Of a DNA stretch of 64,000 nt, positions 46,686 to 56,692 are shown piece after piece. Made by a program: the position numbers and the translations under genes. The DNA lies in NCBI GenBank assembly GCA_020891255.1, contig BQFW01000012.1:310001-374000 (forward strand), read 5' to 3'. How positions within the stretch are numbered: position 1 is the first letter of the stretch; each line of letters starts with the position of its first letter. This DNA is from Entomortierella parvispora E1425. Its lineage: Eukaryota > Fungi > Mortierellomycota. Under the pieces are notes generated by a model. It was not told the origin of the DNA. It was given only the letters and a program-made list of their open reading frames with translations, and searched no databases.

Positions 46686-47582
46686 TTACAACTTTTGCTT
46701 GAAGAACTCGACGAGCTTGGGAAGAACCTTGGACACATGGCGATCGTAAAGATCAATGTGAGTCGATCCCTCAATAATATAAAGTTCCTTGTTTTCAGGA
46801 CCCGCCTCCTTCATGGCCTTCTCACTCCAGCACAAGGTATCGGCCTTGGAGCCAGCAATGAGCAACATTGGACGCGGTGAGATCTGATCAATCTGAGCGT
46901 ACGAGTCGTAAATGGCCAATTGGTTGTAACTCCAGATCGCGGTACGGTTGATCGAGTTGGGGTGACCACCACGAGGGGTCAGGTAGTATTCTGCACCCTC
47001 GGCCATGAGGTTGGGCGTTTGGGGGGTGACATCCTTCAACTCTGGCACAATAGGGAGATACTTGACCTCTCCAGTCTTGGCATAGTCAATTCTGGCCTGA
47101 CCGGCCTGGTCAAGGATGCCATCAAGGGTGGGCTTGCCCAAGGTGCGGATGAAAGCACCAAGATCAACGGCGCTGACGCCAGCCACAGCCTTAATGCGAC
47201 GATCAGTCGAGGCGCCAAAGATCACATATCCACCGCCGGCACAGACACCCAGGATTCCGATACGGGCAGGGTCGACCTGATCTTGGAGACTGAGGAACGT
47301 CACGGCAGAACGAATGTCCTCACCAGCACCAAAGGCGTCTTCCACCTGTCTTGGGGTGCCCTCACTTTCACCTTGGTAACGGCGATCGAAAGCCAGGGTC
47401 ACGAATCCGTTCTTGGAGAGCTCTTGAGCATAGGTACCAGCGGTTTGCTCCTTGACACCTCCGTAGGGGTGGAGGACGATAACAGCGGGTACCTTCTGTC
47501 CGCCCTTGTACGAGTCTGGGATATAAAGGTGACCAGCAATGTTGAAGTTCTGGCTGGGGAAGGTAATGGCAGTTCGAGTCAT
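46686..47582 (-). CDS. Alpha/beta hydrolase of the YcjY/COG1073 type with a Cys nucleophile elbow (GVCAGG); intronless, 298 aa
   Basis: HPYGGVKEQTAGTYA...GFVTLAFD..YQGESEG.PRQ.E...EDI..AV.FL...VD..RIG.LGVCAGGGY...DRRIKA...H.DLYD closely follows the bacterial YcjY-like family as recalled; not searched. Confidence 0.85.
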   Translation of the reverse strand: MTRTAITFPSQNFNIAGHLYIPDSYKGGQKVPAVIVLHPYGGVKEQTAGTYAQELSKNGFVTLAFDRRYQGESEGTPRQVEDAFGAGEDIRSAVTFLSLQDQVDPARIGILGVCAGGGYVIFGASTDRRIKAVAGVSAVDLGAFIRTLGKPTLDGILDQAGQARIDYAKTGEVKYLPIVPELKDVTPQTPNLMAEGAEYYLTPRGGHPNSINRTAIWSYNQLAIYDSYAQIDQISPRPMLLIAGSKADTLCWSEKAMKEAGPENKELYIIEGSTHIDLYDRHVSKVLPKLVEFFKQKL

Positions 47583-47676
47583 TGTGGTTGTTTTTTTGTT
47601 TTGAGTGTGGGAAAAAGAAAGAGGAAGCGCGTGTGTGAGAATGAAAGTATAAGAAAGTGAGGGAGCAAGCGGCCCT

Positions 47677-47684
47677 CTTTTATA
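47677..47684 (-). promoter_or_regulatory. TATA box (TATAAAAG) about 95 bp upstream of the hydrolase ATG
   Basis: Consensus match at a typical distance. Confidence 0.5.
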
Positions 47685-48328
47685 CAACGGAGGGGAAGGA
47701 CAACACCTCGAAAACAACAAACCGCAACGCAGGCATGACAAACTGAACCGCCGTTTCGGTACGAGATTGCATGGGCCACTTTACGACGTTCAGATATGGA
47801 GGGGGGCAACTCTGTTTTTCTAGACATGGTGCGGGGTTTCAGAGCAAAAGTCAATCGACAATCGAACGCACAGAGATTATTGACGGAAGCACTACGCGGC
47901 CCCTTGCCCGATCTGCACTCCGCTCGTTCTTTTTGGAGCAGATCGGGCAAAGAGCTTCAACCTTTGCGCTCCTCTGGCTGCCCCACAGGCTGGCGATCTC
48001 TTTTGGGTAGTCACCATGGTTTTCCTAATTTGCTTTTTTGTTTGCCCAATAAGGGCACTGGGCAAAGAAGAAAGAAGCGCGTCTGGGTCGAGACGATGGG
48101 CTCGACCGAGGAGATTTGTAATTGCACATGCAGACGATCCTTAAATGAACGGCGATGATCACTTGCACGTGATGCAGACCCACGATCTGCTTCGCTTTTT
48201 TTTTTGCCACCCTCTTTTTTCTCTCCCACGTTTTGCTTCTGTCAAACACGACCCTTGCATGTTCTGCTCCTTCTCTTCGCCTCCCTCCTTGCTTGGCTCA
48301 TTTCCTCTGTCTTTCTTTCCCCGATGCT

Positions 48329-49840
48329 ATGGCCCCTCCACTCCAGGACCACCCGCTCTTTCTGCCCGAGCTCCTCACTATTATCGCGTCCCTCCTTAAG
48401 GACGACAAAGCCTCCATTTTCTCCTGTCTCCGCACCTGCAAGGACTTTCACCATGCTTTTGCGCCCTTGATCTGGAAGGAGGTGGTCCTCCCTCTTAAAA
48501 CTGGCAGGTTTTACAAATCTAGTCGCAACGTCCTACCAAAGTCGGTCCTAAACTATGCACCCTATATCAGTTCTTTGACTTTCCGAGATGATGCGCCCGA
48601 TTCCTACGCTTTCAGGTCCCTGACCTGTCCCAACTTGACCAAACTGGAGCTGTGGGCCTCGCGAGGAGACGTGAAGCGGTGGATCCAAAAACTGAGCGAC
48701 GCCCCCGAGTCCCTGGTGAGCTCAAACCGTGGCACCCTTCAAGAGCTCAATCTGTCTGGGTTCCTGTTCTGGAGCGAGGATCTTCAGTTCTGGACCACGG
48801 TCAGACAAGTGCCAGGCCTCAAACGTCTTTGCGTGAACAACTCTTACTTTTGCGACAAGGAGTGCATGCTGGCGTTCTGGGATGTTTGCACAAAGGAATC
48901 GTTGGAACAACTGCGCCTGGAACAGACCAAGCTGGCGACACCTGTCCCAGACATGAAGGGCTTGAACAAGCTGCAGCATGTCACCATTTGGAAAGTGACG
49001 GCCAACACCTCCAAAGAACTGACAGACTTCATTTCAAATCTATTAGGAAGTGCTTCCGGCCTGGCCACTCTGAAGCTGATGAACGTCGAAGAGGAGGAAG
49101 TTTTTAACGATCTAAAACCTGTTCTACAAAGATCGCGTCATCGGTGGCCCATGCTCACTCGTCTTGAAATGAATGCGTCCACCAACATCACTGACCAGGA
49201 TATGGATGAGATTATACGACAGCTTCCGCTCTCTCTCTTAACCCTGACCTCTCCTAACCTTGGTCCCCGATCCTTTCGTGCATTAGTGGATACCTACGCC
49301 AGTACATTGACACATCTCAATCTTTGTCAGTACCACCAGTTGTCAAGTCTGGATATACGTCGAGTCTTTTGGGAATGTAAGAATCTTGTATCGCTCAAAT
49401 CAGACCTTCACTACGCGGTCCAAATCTCGGACGTGACCACCTCTTCCTGGGTGTGTGAAAACTTGGAGGAATGGAGCCTTGGTATTTTGAACGATGCTCC
49501 AGATCCAGAAAGAGCCAGTCGAGAGATTTTTCATCGATTAGGTAGTATGACAAAGTTGACGAGTCTTCAGATCCTGTCCAAAGCACAGCAGGGTCAGATC
49601 CCCCTCTTATCGCCTCGCATCATTCTGGGACTCGATGGCCTGCGACCGTTGAAGGCGTTGAAACGATTCGACTTTGACGGTCGGAAGATGGCGCAGAGGG
49701 ACTGGCATTGGATCTTGAAAACGTTTCGTCAAATGGAAACCATCTCTTGCTGGATTGACCGGAACGATGAACTGCAGCAAAAGTTCCTTACTGAGTTGAG
49801 GAGAACATATGGAGTCCATATCATTGAATTCTTGGTTTGA
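48329..49840 (+). CDS. F-box/LRR protein related to the tandem array (about 503 aa)
   Basis: HPLFLPELLTIIASLL...CLRTCKDF...FAPLIW F-box-like motif; WPMLTRLEM, WVCENLEEW and RDWHWILKTF blocks shared with the array. Confidence 0.85.
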   Translation: MAPPLQDHPLFLPELLTIIASLLKDDKASIFSCLRTCKDFHHAFAPLIWKEVVLPLKTGRFYKSSRNVLPKSVLNYAPYISSLTFRDDAPDSYAFRSLTCPNLTKLELWASRGDVKRWIQKLSDAPESLVSSNRGTLQELNLSGFLFWSEDLQFWTTVRQVPGLKRLCVNNSYFCDKECMLAFWDVCTKESLEQLRLEQTKLATPVPDMKGLNKLQHVTIWKVTANTSKELTDFISNLLGSASGLATLKLMNVEEEEVFNDLKPVLQRSRHRWPMLTRLEMNASTNITDQDMDEIIRQLPLSLLTLTSPNLGPRSFRALVDTYASTLTHLNLCQYHQLSSLDIRRVFWECKNLVSLKSDLHYAVQISDVTTSSWVCENLEEWSLGILNDAPDPERASREIFHRLGSMTKLTSLQILSKAQQGQIPLLSPRIILGLDGLRPLKALKRFDFDGRKMAQRDWHWILKTFRQMETISCWIDRNDELQQKFLTELRRTYGVHIIEFLV

Positions 49841-50932
49841 ACGATCGCTGAACAATGCTTGGATCCGTCCTGTCGCTTTTTGGCTTTCATCATGGGCTAC
49901 TACAGACTAAATGCACAAAAAAAAAAAAAGGACTGAAAAAATAAAAAGCCCGCTTTGTGCCCCGATTGTAACCCATGTATCACCACGTTTCATTATCCCT
50001 TCCGATCTTGGTCCTCAATCGAACTGGGCCATTGTTCACATTGAGATGACACACATGAAATCTCTTCATCCTTGCTCCATCTAATCTTGCCGACGAAAGC
50101 TACTGTGTCTCCATCAGCACGAGAAACCGAGTTCCAATAATAGGCTGAATATGAAAAGCGGTCCCATGGACTAAAAAAACAACAGAGAACTGCGGTGCCC
50201 CTTCACAAGGAAACGCACTGGAGATTCTGGACTGTGGGTTCCTTCACTTCCTTTGAGACAAAGTGCAAAACTGGTTCAATACAACCATGCACTCGATCGG
50301 CTTCCCTTGAAAAGTCAATAATTCATCCCCGTCCTCCAGGAAAAAAAAAGAAAAGAAAAGAGGGGAAGCAAGTCCATCGATGACATTGTAAAGTAGATTT
50401 GAAATCTCGATGAACAAAAGAGGGCAATGACACCTGTCGAATTCCAAAAGGTTATAGCGACTTCAGGAATGCTGGTTTGTGCCTTCTCTTCTGTACTCTT
50501 CAAAGAGCGCCCCCAGGTCATTTAGATAATTTAGGTATTTGAAGAGGATACTCCTCTCTCGCGATAGAAAGAGCCCCAGCAATCGTTGTCGCGTAAGTGC
50601 CTCTATCAGAATAGAAATGAGGTGACCGCAAGCCTTCCAAGGGTCTTCCTCATCATCGCTCCTGCATGCTCACGATTAAGCTGCGTGAACCCTTGACTCT
50701 GACTCCACCTTTTGTTCACCTCCCTCACTCTTGTTACACTAATTTGTTCTTAAAGTCTGCCTTCCAAAGGACGCCATCTTCTGCGTGTGGTTTACTCTAA
50801 TACAAAGCGAGGCTTTCACTTGAAAAAAGAACATTAGAGCTTCTTTGGCGCATGGACGACACGTTCCTGTGAAAGCCGATTCACGGTACCAACAGATCTT
50901 GAAATAAAAGGAGTCGCGTCTTCTCTCCCCAT

Positions 50933-50966
<34 letters not shown>

Positions 50967-51258
50967 GACAGGAGCGCAAGCATCCACATCTCCTTGCGCA
51001 ACGTCCTTCCCCGTGAACAAGTTAGCATCATCACCCTTTCAATTAGATGAAAACGTTCCAACGATGCAAAAGGCACACCAAAAAAGCCAGAAACACAAAC
51101 TATTACTCCTAGTGGGGCTGCAGAAGCCAACTTTCTCGCGACGTATAAAAAACAGAAGGATCTCTTGGATATCCAATACCTCTTGCCCCTCCCTTCTCAT
51201 TACTTGCTTCTTCTTTCTTGATTTATACTTTTCTTCCCCTCCACACTTTAACCAAACC

Positions 51259-51549
51259 ATGCGCGGAATCTCGAGCCTAAGCAGCGCTCTTCTCGTCCTC
51301 TTGGCGGTGACTTCTTTGACTGCCATGGCAGCACCTGTGTCGCCACCAATCAACACTGGTCCAGCAGGGTATCTAGCGAGTGAATATCCGAAGGGGACAC
51401 AGCCTTCGAGTATCCAAAGTCTAGCTGCGACACAGAGGACCACCCCAATTGGGAGCACCGTATCCAACACTCAGTACACTCAGTACCATATCAACAACAA
51501 CGGCCAGCCCGGCGAGGGTACCTCTTCTCCAACGGCTTCAGGTAGTTAA
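51259..51549 (+). CDS. Small secreted Ser/Thr/Pro/Gly-rich protein (96 aa)
   Basis: Signal peptide MRGISSLSSALLVLLAVTSLTAMA; TATAAAAA at 51144-51151; duplicated signal-peptide sequence at 52551. Confidence 0.7.
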   Translation: MRGISSLSSALLVLLAVTSLTAMAAPVSPPINTGPAGYLASEYPKGTQPSSIQSLAATQRTTPIGSTVSNTQYTQYHINNNGQPGEGTSSPTASGS

Positions 51550-51682
51550 GAGACCGTCCTCGTCCTCTTACAGATGAGATCGTCAAGTCCACAAGTGACC
51601 AAAGGTCAATCCCTTGGTATCAATGTCTAAACAAAGTGGTCCCTCCAAAAAAAAAAAAAAAAAGGACAACAAAATCATCGCA

Positions 51683-51741
51683 GTATGGATTATTGAATAT
51701 AGACCGTAATAAACACGGTATGGATTATAGAATATAGACCG
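51683..51741. repeat. Two copies of a 24-nt direct repeat GTATGGATTAT(T/A)GAATATAGACCG separated by 11 nt
   Basis: Copies at 51683-51706 and 51718-51741, one mismatch. Confidence 0.85.
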
Positions 51742-52550
51742 ACGCACGATGCCATCTTTGGCTCTATAAAAAAACAGGGTCCAAAAAATGAGGTCCCTTA
51801 TTCAATTGCGTTCGGGATCAAGGCCCCAGACTTCCAGAAATGAAAGTACATAAACGTAAACGATGGTGATGATAAGCGACTCTAGGCCCTTGGAAAAGAC
51901 TACAAGATCAGATTGTCCCTTTTGAAGGTATGGCCCCCCAAAGCTGTTGATCCTGAACGCGCGCAAAGATCTGAACGTTCCTTTTTAGGGAGAGAGACGG
52001 GAGAGAGAGAGAAAAAGAGAACACGGGGCGGCACCAACGTCTGTCAAGGAGGCTTTCCTCAACAAAGTCGCGTTTGCTTGCCCCCCTCAAAACTGTAGCA
52101 CACATTTCAGTTGCAGCAATCTCACCCTCCTAGCGTCGAATTAAACTCCTTGTCCCTTGATGCTGCTTTTCAGGACCCTCTCATCATCGGGAACAAAAAA
52201 AAAAAAAAAAAAAAAAAAAGAAAAGAGGTAGATCGCGCCCCGCATCTGATACTACCAACGTCTTTCCCCGTGAAGAATTTAGCGTCATCCTTCTCTGGAT
52301 TAACGGAAAGTGCGCCCCACTCCTCCTTTCTTGGGGAAGTCAACTTTTTCAAAGATAGATGAGAAGATCTAAACTTTTATATCGTGCTGCCAGCTTTCAG
52401 TGACATATAAATACAAAGATCTTTTGGAACGTCTGGAAAGAACAAAAAAGAAAAAGACAGAAACCCCATTCATCCAACTTCTTCCATCCCAACACTTGTT
52501 TTCTCCTCCCCCTCTCCCCCTTCCCCCAAACATAAACTCCAATACACACC

Positions 52551-52785
52551 ATGCGCGGTATCTTTCAACTTGAGCAGCGCCCTTCTCGTCCTCTTGGCCA
52601 TAGCGACGTCTTTGACAGTCATGGCGCAGAGTGAAATCCATTACAACGAAGCGAGCCAGTACGCGGGTGCAGGATTCAATGATGCGAACCAGGACACGGG
52701 TGCGTACCTGTTCACGGATGCGGACCAGTACAAGGATGCGAGCCAATAAACGGATTCGAGCCAGCACAAGGATGCGAGCTACTAA
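52551..52785 (+). pseudogene. Paralog of the 51259 secreted protein with hexapeptide (18-nt) repeats; +1 frameshift near 52563-52565 and TAA stops
   Basis: The first about 75 nt align with 51259 except one extra base. The corrected frame reads MRGIFNLSSALLVLLAIATSLTVMAQSEIHY-NEASQY-AGAGF-NDANQD-TGAYLF-TDADQY-KDASQ*-TDSSQH-KDASY*. TATAAATA at 52406-52413. Confidence 0.65.
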
Positions 52786-53496
52786 GTCCACCACAACCCG
52801 ACTTACAGCTAAGCCGAAGTGGAAAATCGTACCACACTACTTCCGATGCCTAGGAAGATGAATTGGCCAGCGATTGTTTTTGCTGGAGAACCTGTAAGAG
52901 GCAACAATAGTCCGACCATATCACAAACCACTCAAATCTTCTTCTGGTTGGGTGGGAGCGTGTCAAAAAAAAAAAAAAAAAAAAAAAGGAACCAAGCATT
53001 CGTGTGGAGAGTCGTGATAGAAAGTGTCAATAAACAGGGTCCACCCTGAGGACAAATCGAATCCAAGTACATGCACAATGCAGAACTCAGAGACATTGAA
53101 GGCTGCAGGTGTATTTTGAAATGAGAACGGTGTTTATATATTTTGGGGAAACCCAAGGGCGATATCTTGACCTAGGCGGAGCTTGCCCAAAAGATCTGTC
53201 TGTTTCTATGTTTGTCGTATCCCAACACCGCCACCAGAAAACCAACTACGTGTCAGGGCACAGCCTTCCAATGGCTCTCTCTTTTCACGCTGCCCGGACA
53301 TGCTCACATTTTTGTCTTTTCTTCCTTCCAACACATTTCTTTGTTTCCCCTGCTCACTCCATCACACCCCCCTTCCTTCCACTTTTTGTGCTCACTCTTG
53401 CAGCGTTCCATTACAACCACATCTCACCGCCACCACCACCAGACATTGCCCTCCACAAACATCCTTCCATACTTTGTTAGACTGCCCCCCCCAAAA

Positions 53497-54393
53497 ATGG
53501 AAGGATCCAACTTCAGACCAACACAAGCCCTCTTGGACTCTTTACGCCAAAGACCCCTCAAGATCACCGTCGTCAACTGTCTAGGCGGGTCAGGCTCTAC
53601 CAGCCTCATCTATCGCGTCATCAACAACGAATTCATACCTGCCACGATCGCCACCGCCAGCATCACCGCACACCCAGCCCTCAATTTCGTCATGTACCTC
53701 ACTCAAGTCCGGGCCGCGGCGGCGTGTGGTGCCTCTTCTCCTTATTGTGCCACACCTATCACCCCTACCTTGTCGTATCCGACCCCGTCCCCGTCCCCAA
53801 GGGCAACTACAACCACTACGCCCGCCCCCACGGATGAGGCGACTCTTGGCCCGAAAGGATGGGGCTCCACTCTTTTGTCCTACGCCCTCCGTCCGTTCTA
53901 CAACCTTGCCAACAACAGCAGGGAGGCCCTCCTCTATCCAGGTCCCCTCAAGACCCCACTGTCGTTGGTCGATGTCTCGGGTCAAGACGGGTACCAACGG
54001 AACCACCGACTGTTTGCAGAATGCAGCGACGCCATGATCTTTACCCTCGACGCCACGCGTCGCGACGACGTTCATGCAGCCGACTGGAATGCAGAGGAAC
54101 GCGCGTTGGTGCAGCGGTTGTTGGATTATATCGAGGATGAACAGAGTGCGTTGTTGTTGTTCGTGAACAAGATGGATCGACAGGATGCGAGGACCGTGCG
54201 CGAGGTCGTGGGTGCGCTGGGGCTGGATCGGCCATTGGAACGGTCTCGACAATATCCACAGGGCGCAGTGCCTCGCTGGTTGGCTATGGGCTGCAGTGCT
54301 AAAACGGGAGAGGGCGTTCAGGAAGGGATGGAGTGGATTGTTGGGTATGCATTAGAGAAACGAGCCCGAACAGATGCCATGAACAAGACATGA
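53497..54393 (+). CDS. Arf-family-like small GTPase homolog with a degenerate P-loop and a large insertion (probable pseudo-GTPase)
   Basis: G3 DVSGQ, IFTLDAT, G4 FVNKMD and G5 GCSAKTGEGVQEGMEWI are Arf-like. G1 reads CLGGSGST instead of GxxxxGKT. Confidence 0.75.
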   Translation: MEGSNFRPTQALLDSLRQRPLKITVVNCLGGSGSTSLIYRVINNEFIPATIATASITAHPALNFVMYLTQVRAAAACGASSPYCATPITPTLSYPTPSPSPRATTTTTPAPTDEATLGPKGWGSTLLSYALRPFYNLANNSREALLYPGPLKTPLSLVDVSGQDGYQRNHRLFAECSDAMIFTLDATRRDDVHAADWNAEERALVQRLLDYIEDEQSALLLFVNKMDRQDARTVREVVGALGLDRPLERSRQYPQGAVPRWLAMGCSAKTGEGVQEGMEWIVGYALEKRARTDAMNKT

Positions 54394-54721
54394 TAGAACA
54401 AAATCACGGGCAAAACTATCAACACTTCGACATTGCACCATCTTTTTTTTTTTTTGGGCAGAGGACTGAATTATGTATTATGACAAAGTTTTTGGATGGA
54501 CAAAGAGAGAAAGAGAAAAGAGCAAGGGACAAATGAAATAGAGACGAATAGAAAGTAGAAAGAAAAAGTGGATATAAAAGTACAATTGGCTGCTCGGTCA
54601 AGGGCCGAAACACCTCTCCCAGATATCGAGTCGGGACGTTGATGGAGGGAGAGCTGGTTTCTCTTTCCCATCCCAAACAAGATGTCGTTCATTCGTTGTC
54701 TTTGCTGCCATGACTCTGCTC

Positions 54722-56692
54722 TCAGCAGCACCTTGATTTTCGCCTTGCTTCCGATTCCGTGTCCCAATCCAATCGTGCAGAGCCATTCCCTGTTCCTCCG
54801 ACCATGTCCAGCTCCATTTGCGGTATCCTCACAGTCTTTGCAATGTACAAGAAGGCGTCCTCGACATGAATGCCATCCTTTGCCGATGCCTCAAAGCACG
54901 GCATTTCTGTCTTGGATCCTGTCACAGTCGAATGCTCCTGTGCAAAACCTCGTGCCTGTCGTCTGGATACTACTCGGTCATCGATATCAATCTTGTTTCC
55001 CAAAAGCACAAAAGGGAAATCCGGGTTCGAGTCTCCAATTCCAGCCTGGTTCAAAAATTCGCGTCTCCATTTGGCCAAATGTTCAAACGTCAAATAGTTG
55101 GTCACATCGTAACAGAGCACACAAGCGTCCGCTCCTCGGTAGAATGCGATTCCGAGAGATTGGAATCTCTCTTGGCCTAAAAGAAAGGGAAAAAAAGGGA
55201 AAGGAGGGTTGAGTGTCGATCGCTTGTTGCACAACAAGAAATAACATAAAAAACCAAGCCAGGAGAGCCATGTGGGCATGCATCAAGTAAGGGGCTTGAA
55301 AAAGGGTGAGAGCCGTTGATCACCATGAGAACCTTTTTTTCTTCTTGACATCCTGCCAAAAACACTCACCTGCTGTATCCCAGATCTGAAGAGAGACCCG
55401 TTTGCCGTCATCGAGCTCGATCTCTTTTGTGATAAAGTCCGCGCCGATGGTGGCCTTGTATGCGTTGGTGAACCTCTTGTGGATAAACTATTGATATATT
55501 TTTTTTCCCGCAAAAAAGAGGGTAAAGAGAAGCACATGTTAGTTTTCTGTGACCAAATCCTTTCCTGTTTGTCTCTTGTGTTTGCTTTCGTGCATGACAA
55601 ATGCATGTCTCCAGGGTCGTGTGCGCTTCGAACTGCCGGTCCTTGGGAAGAACAAAATGAACCTGTTGTTTTTTGTTGTCTGTGCTAGTGTATCCTCTAC
55701 CCTGTCAGTCCTGTCCTGTCCTGTCGTGTGTTGTTGTAGTCCGCTAGGGGGAAGGGGTGGGTCGGTCGCCAAATCCGAGGTCTGCTGCCCCTCTCCTGTC
55801 CGCCATCCTCTCACCCCTTTGTGTTTCCCTTTGTTGTTATCCACATGTTCTACAAAGATAAAAACCAAAGACGAGGCACGAGCAACTGCTTTTTTTTGGG
55901 CACAAGGCCCAGATGGACAATCCCGTTCTTCCTCCACTCAATTTTTTTTACTTTTTTTTCTTGTGTCCAAAACTTTAAGCCCATCTCATCGCAGTGTCTT
56001 TTGGGTGTCTTCTCCCGAGAGCTTGGATCCAGATGGTGGATGGGTTGCTTTTTTTTTGAAATCCTTGGATGCCTTTTTTCTTTTTTTTGTTTTTTTTTTT
56101 TTTCCCGCCCGTTTGCTCCTTGTTTTCTTTCCTTGTCCTGTTCATTTCAAATATGAAACGACGAGAGTGTTGACGACCGAGAAAAAGGAAATTCCTCCTA
56201 CCTGATTACGCAAAGATGTCTATTCCACAAAACCCGATCGAAACGAAACAACGGACAACAACAATAAAAAAATAGAAATAAAAAAAAACGTCAGTTGAGG
56301 CTGTGATTGGCAACTCCATTAGAGCCATGGGGTGATGAAGTGTGGTCAGGTAATCAACCAGTCCATGTCCACCCAGTCCTGTCCTTGTGTCGACATGCAA
56401 CTCTACGCGCCAAGGAATCCTTTCGGGTCTGGGCTGTTTCGTCAGCCTGGCTGTGCTTGAGAGAGCAACAGTAAAAAGACCCCCATGGCGGGGTTCGTTC
56501 CAAGGCATTCCCTCCATGCACTGTCTCGGTCCATGGTCCTCGAGGATGCCATGAGCAAGAATGAAGAAGGAAAGAAAGAAGGAAAGAAAGAAGGAAAGAG
56601 AGAGACAGGAATCAGCAAGCTGTGATGAAGCTAATTACCTTGCCAACACCCCCGTCGCCGATGAGGACGACCTTCAGGAGCTGCTTGCCCAT
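54722..56692 (-). CDS. YPT7: Rab7/Ypt7-like GTPase; exons 56692-56639, 56219-56202 (18-nt micro-exon), 55487-55370, 55176-54722
   Basis: [13 protein letters not shown]|TSLRNQ|[18 protein letters not shown]...[32 protein letters not shown]...[11 protein letters not shown]...FEASAK; C-terminal CC prenylation motif. Confidence 0.92.

Noticed and set aside
49900-50640. Minus-strand stretch reading EALTRQRLLGLFLSRERSILFKYLNYLNDLGALFEEYRREG
   Set aside because: Protein-like but short, stop-interrupted and without a recognisable family; too weak to call even as a pseudogene.
51683-51741. CRISPR-like repeat-spacer-repeat
   Set aside because: Only two units, an 11-nt spacer, no cas genes, and a eukaryotic context.
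5770-52785. Recurrent in-frame stops (5770, 14728, 14926, 15791, 52747) suggesting a reassigned genetic code or stop-correcting RNA editing
   Set aside because: Conserved genes here end in all three stops (RPS9 and RPL21 TAA; bHLH and MacroD TAG; CCDC6 and CWC24 TGA). The interrupted genes are redundant paralogs or relics, and the stops do not consistently replace one amino acid.
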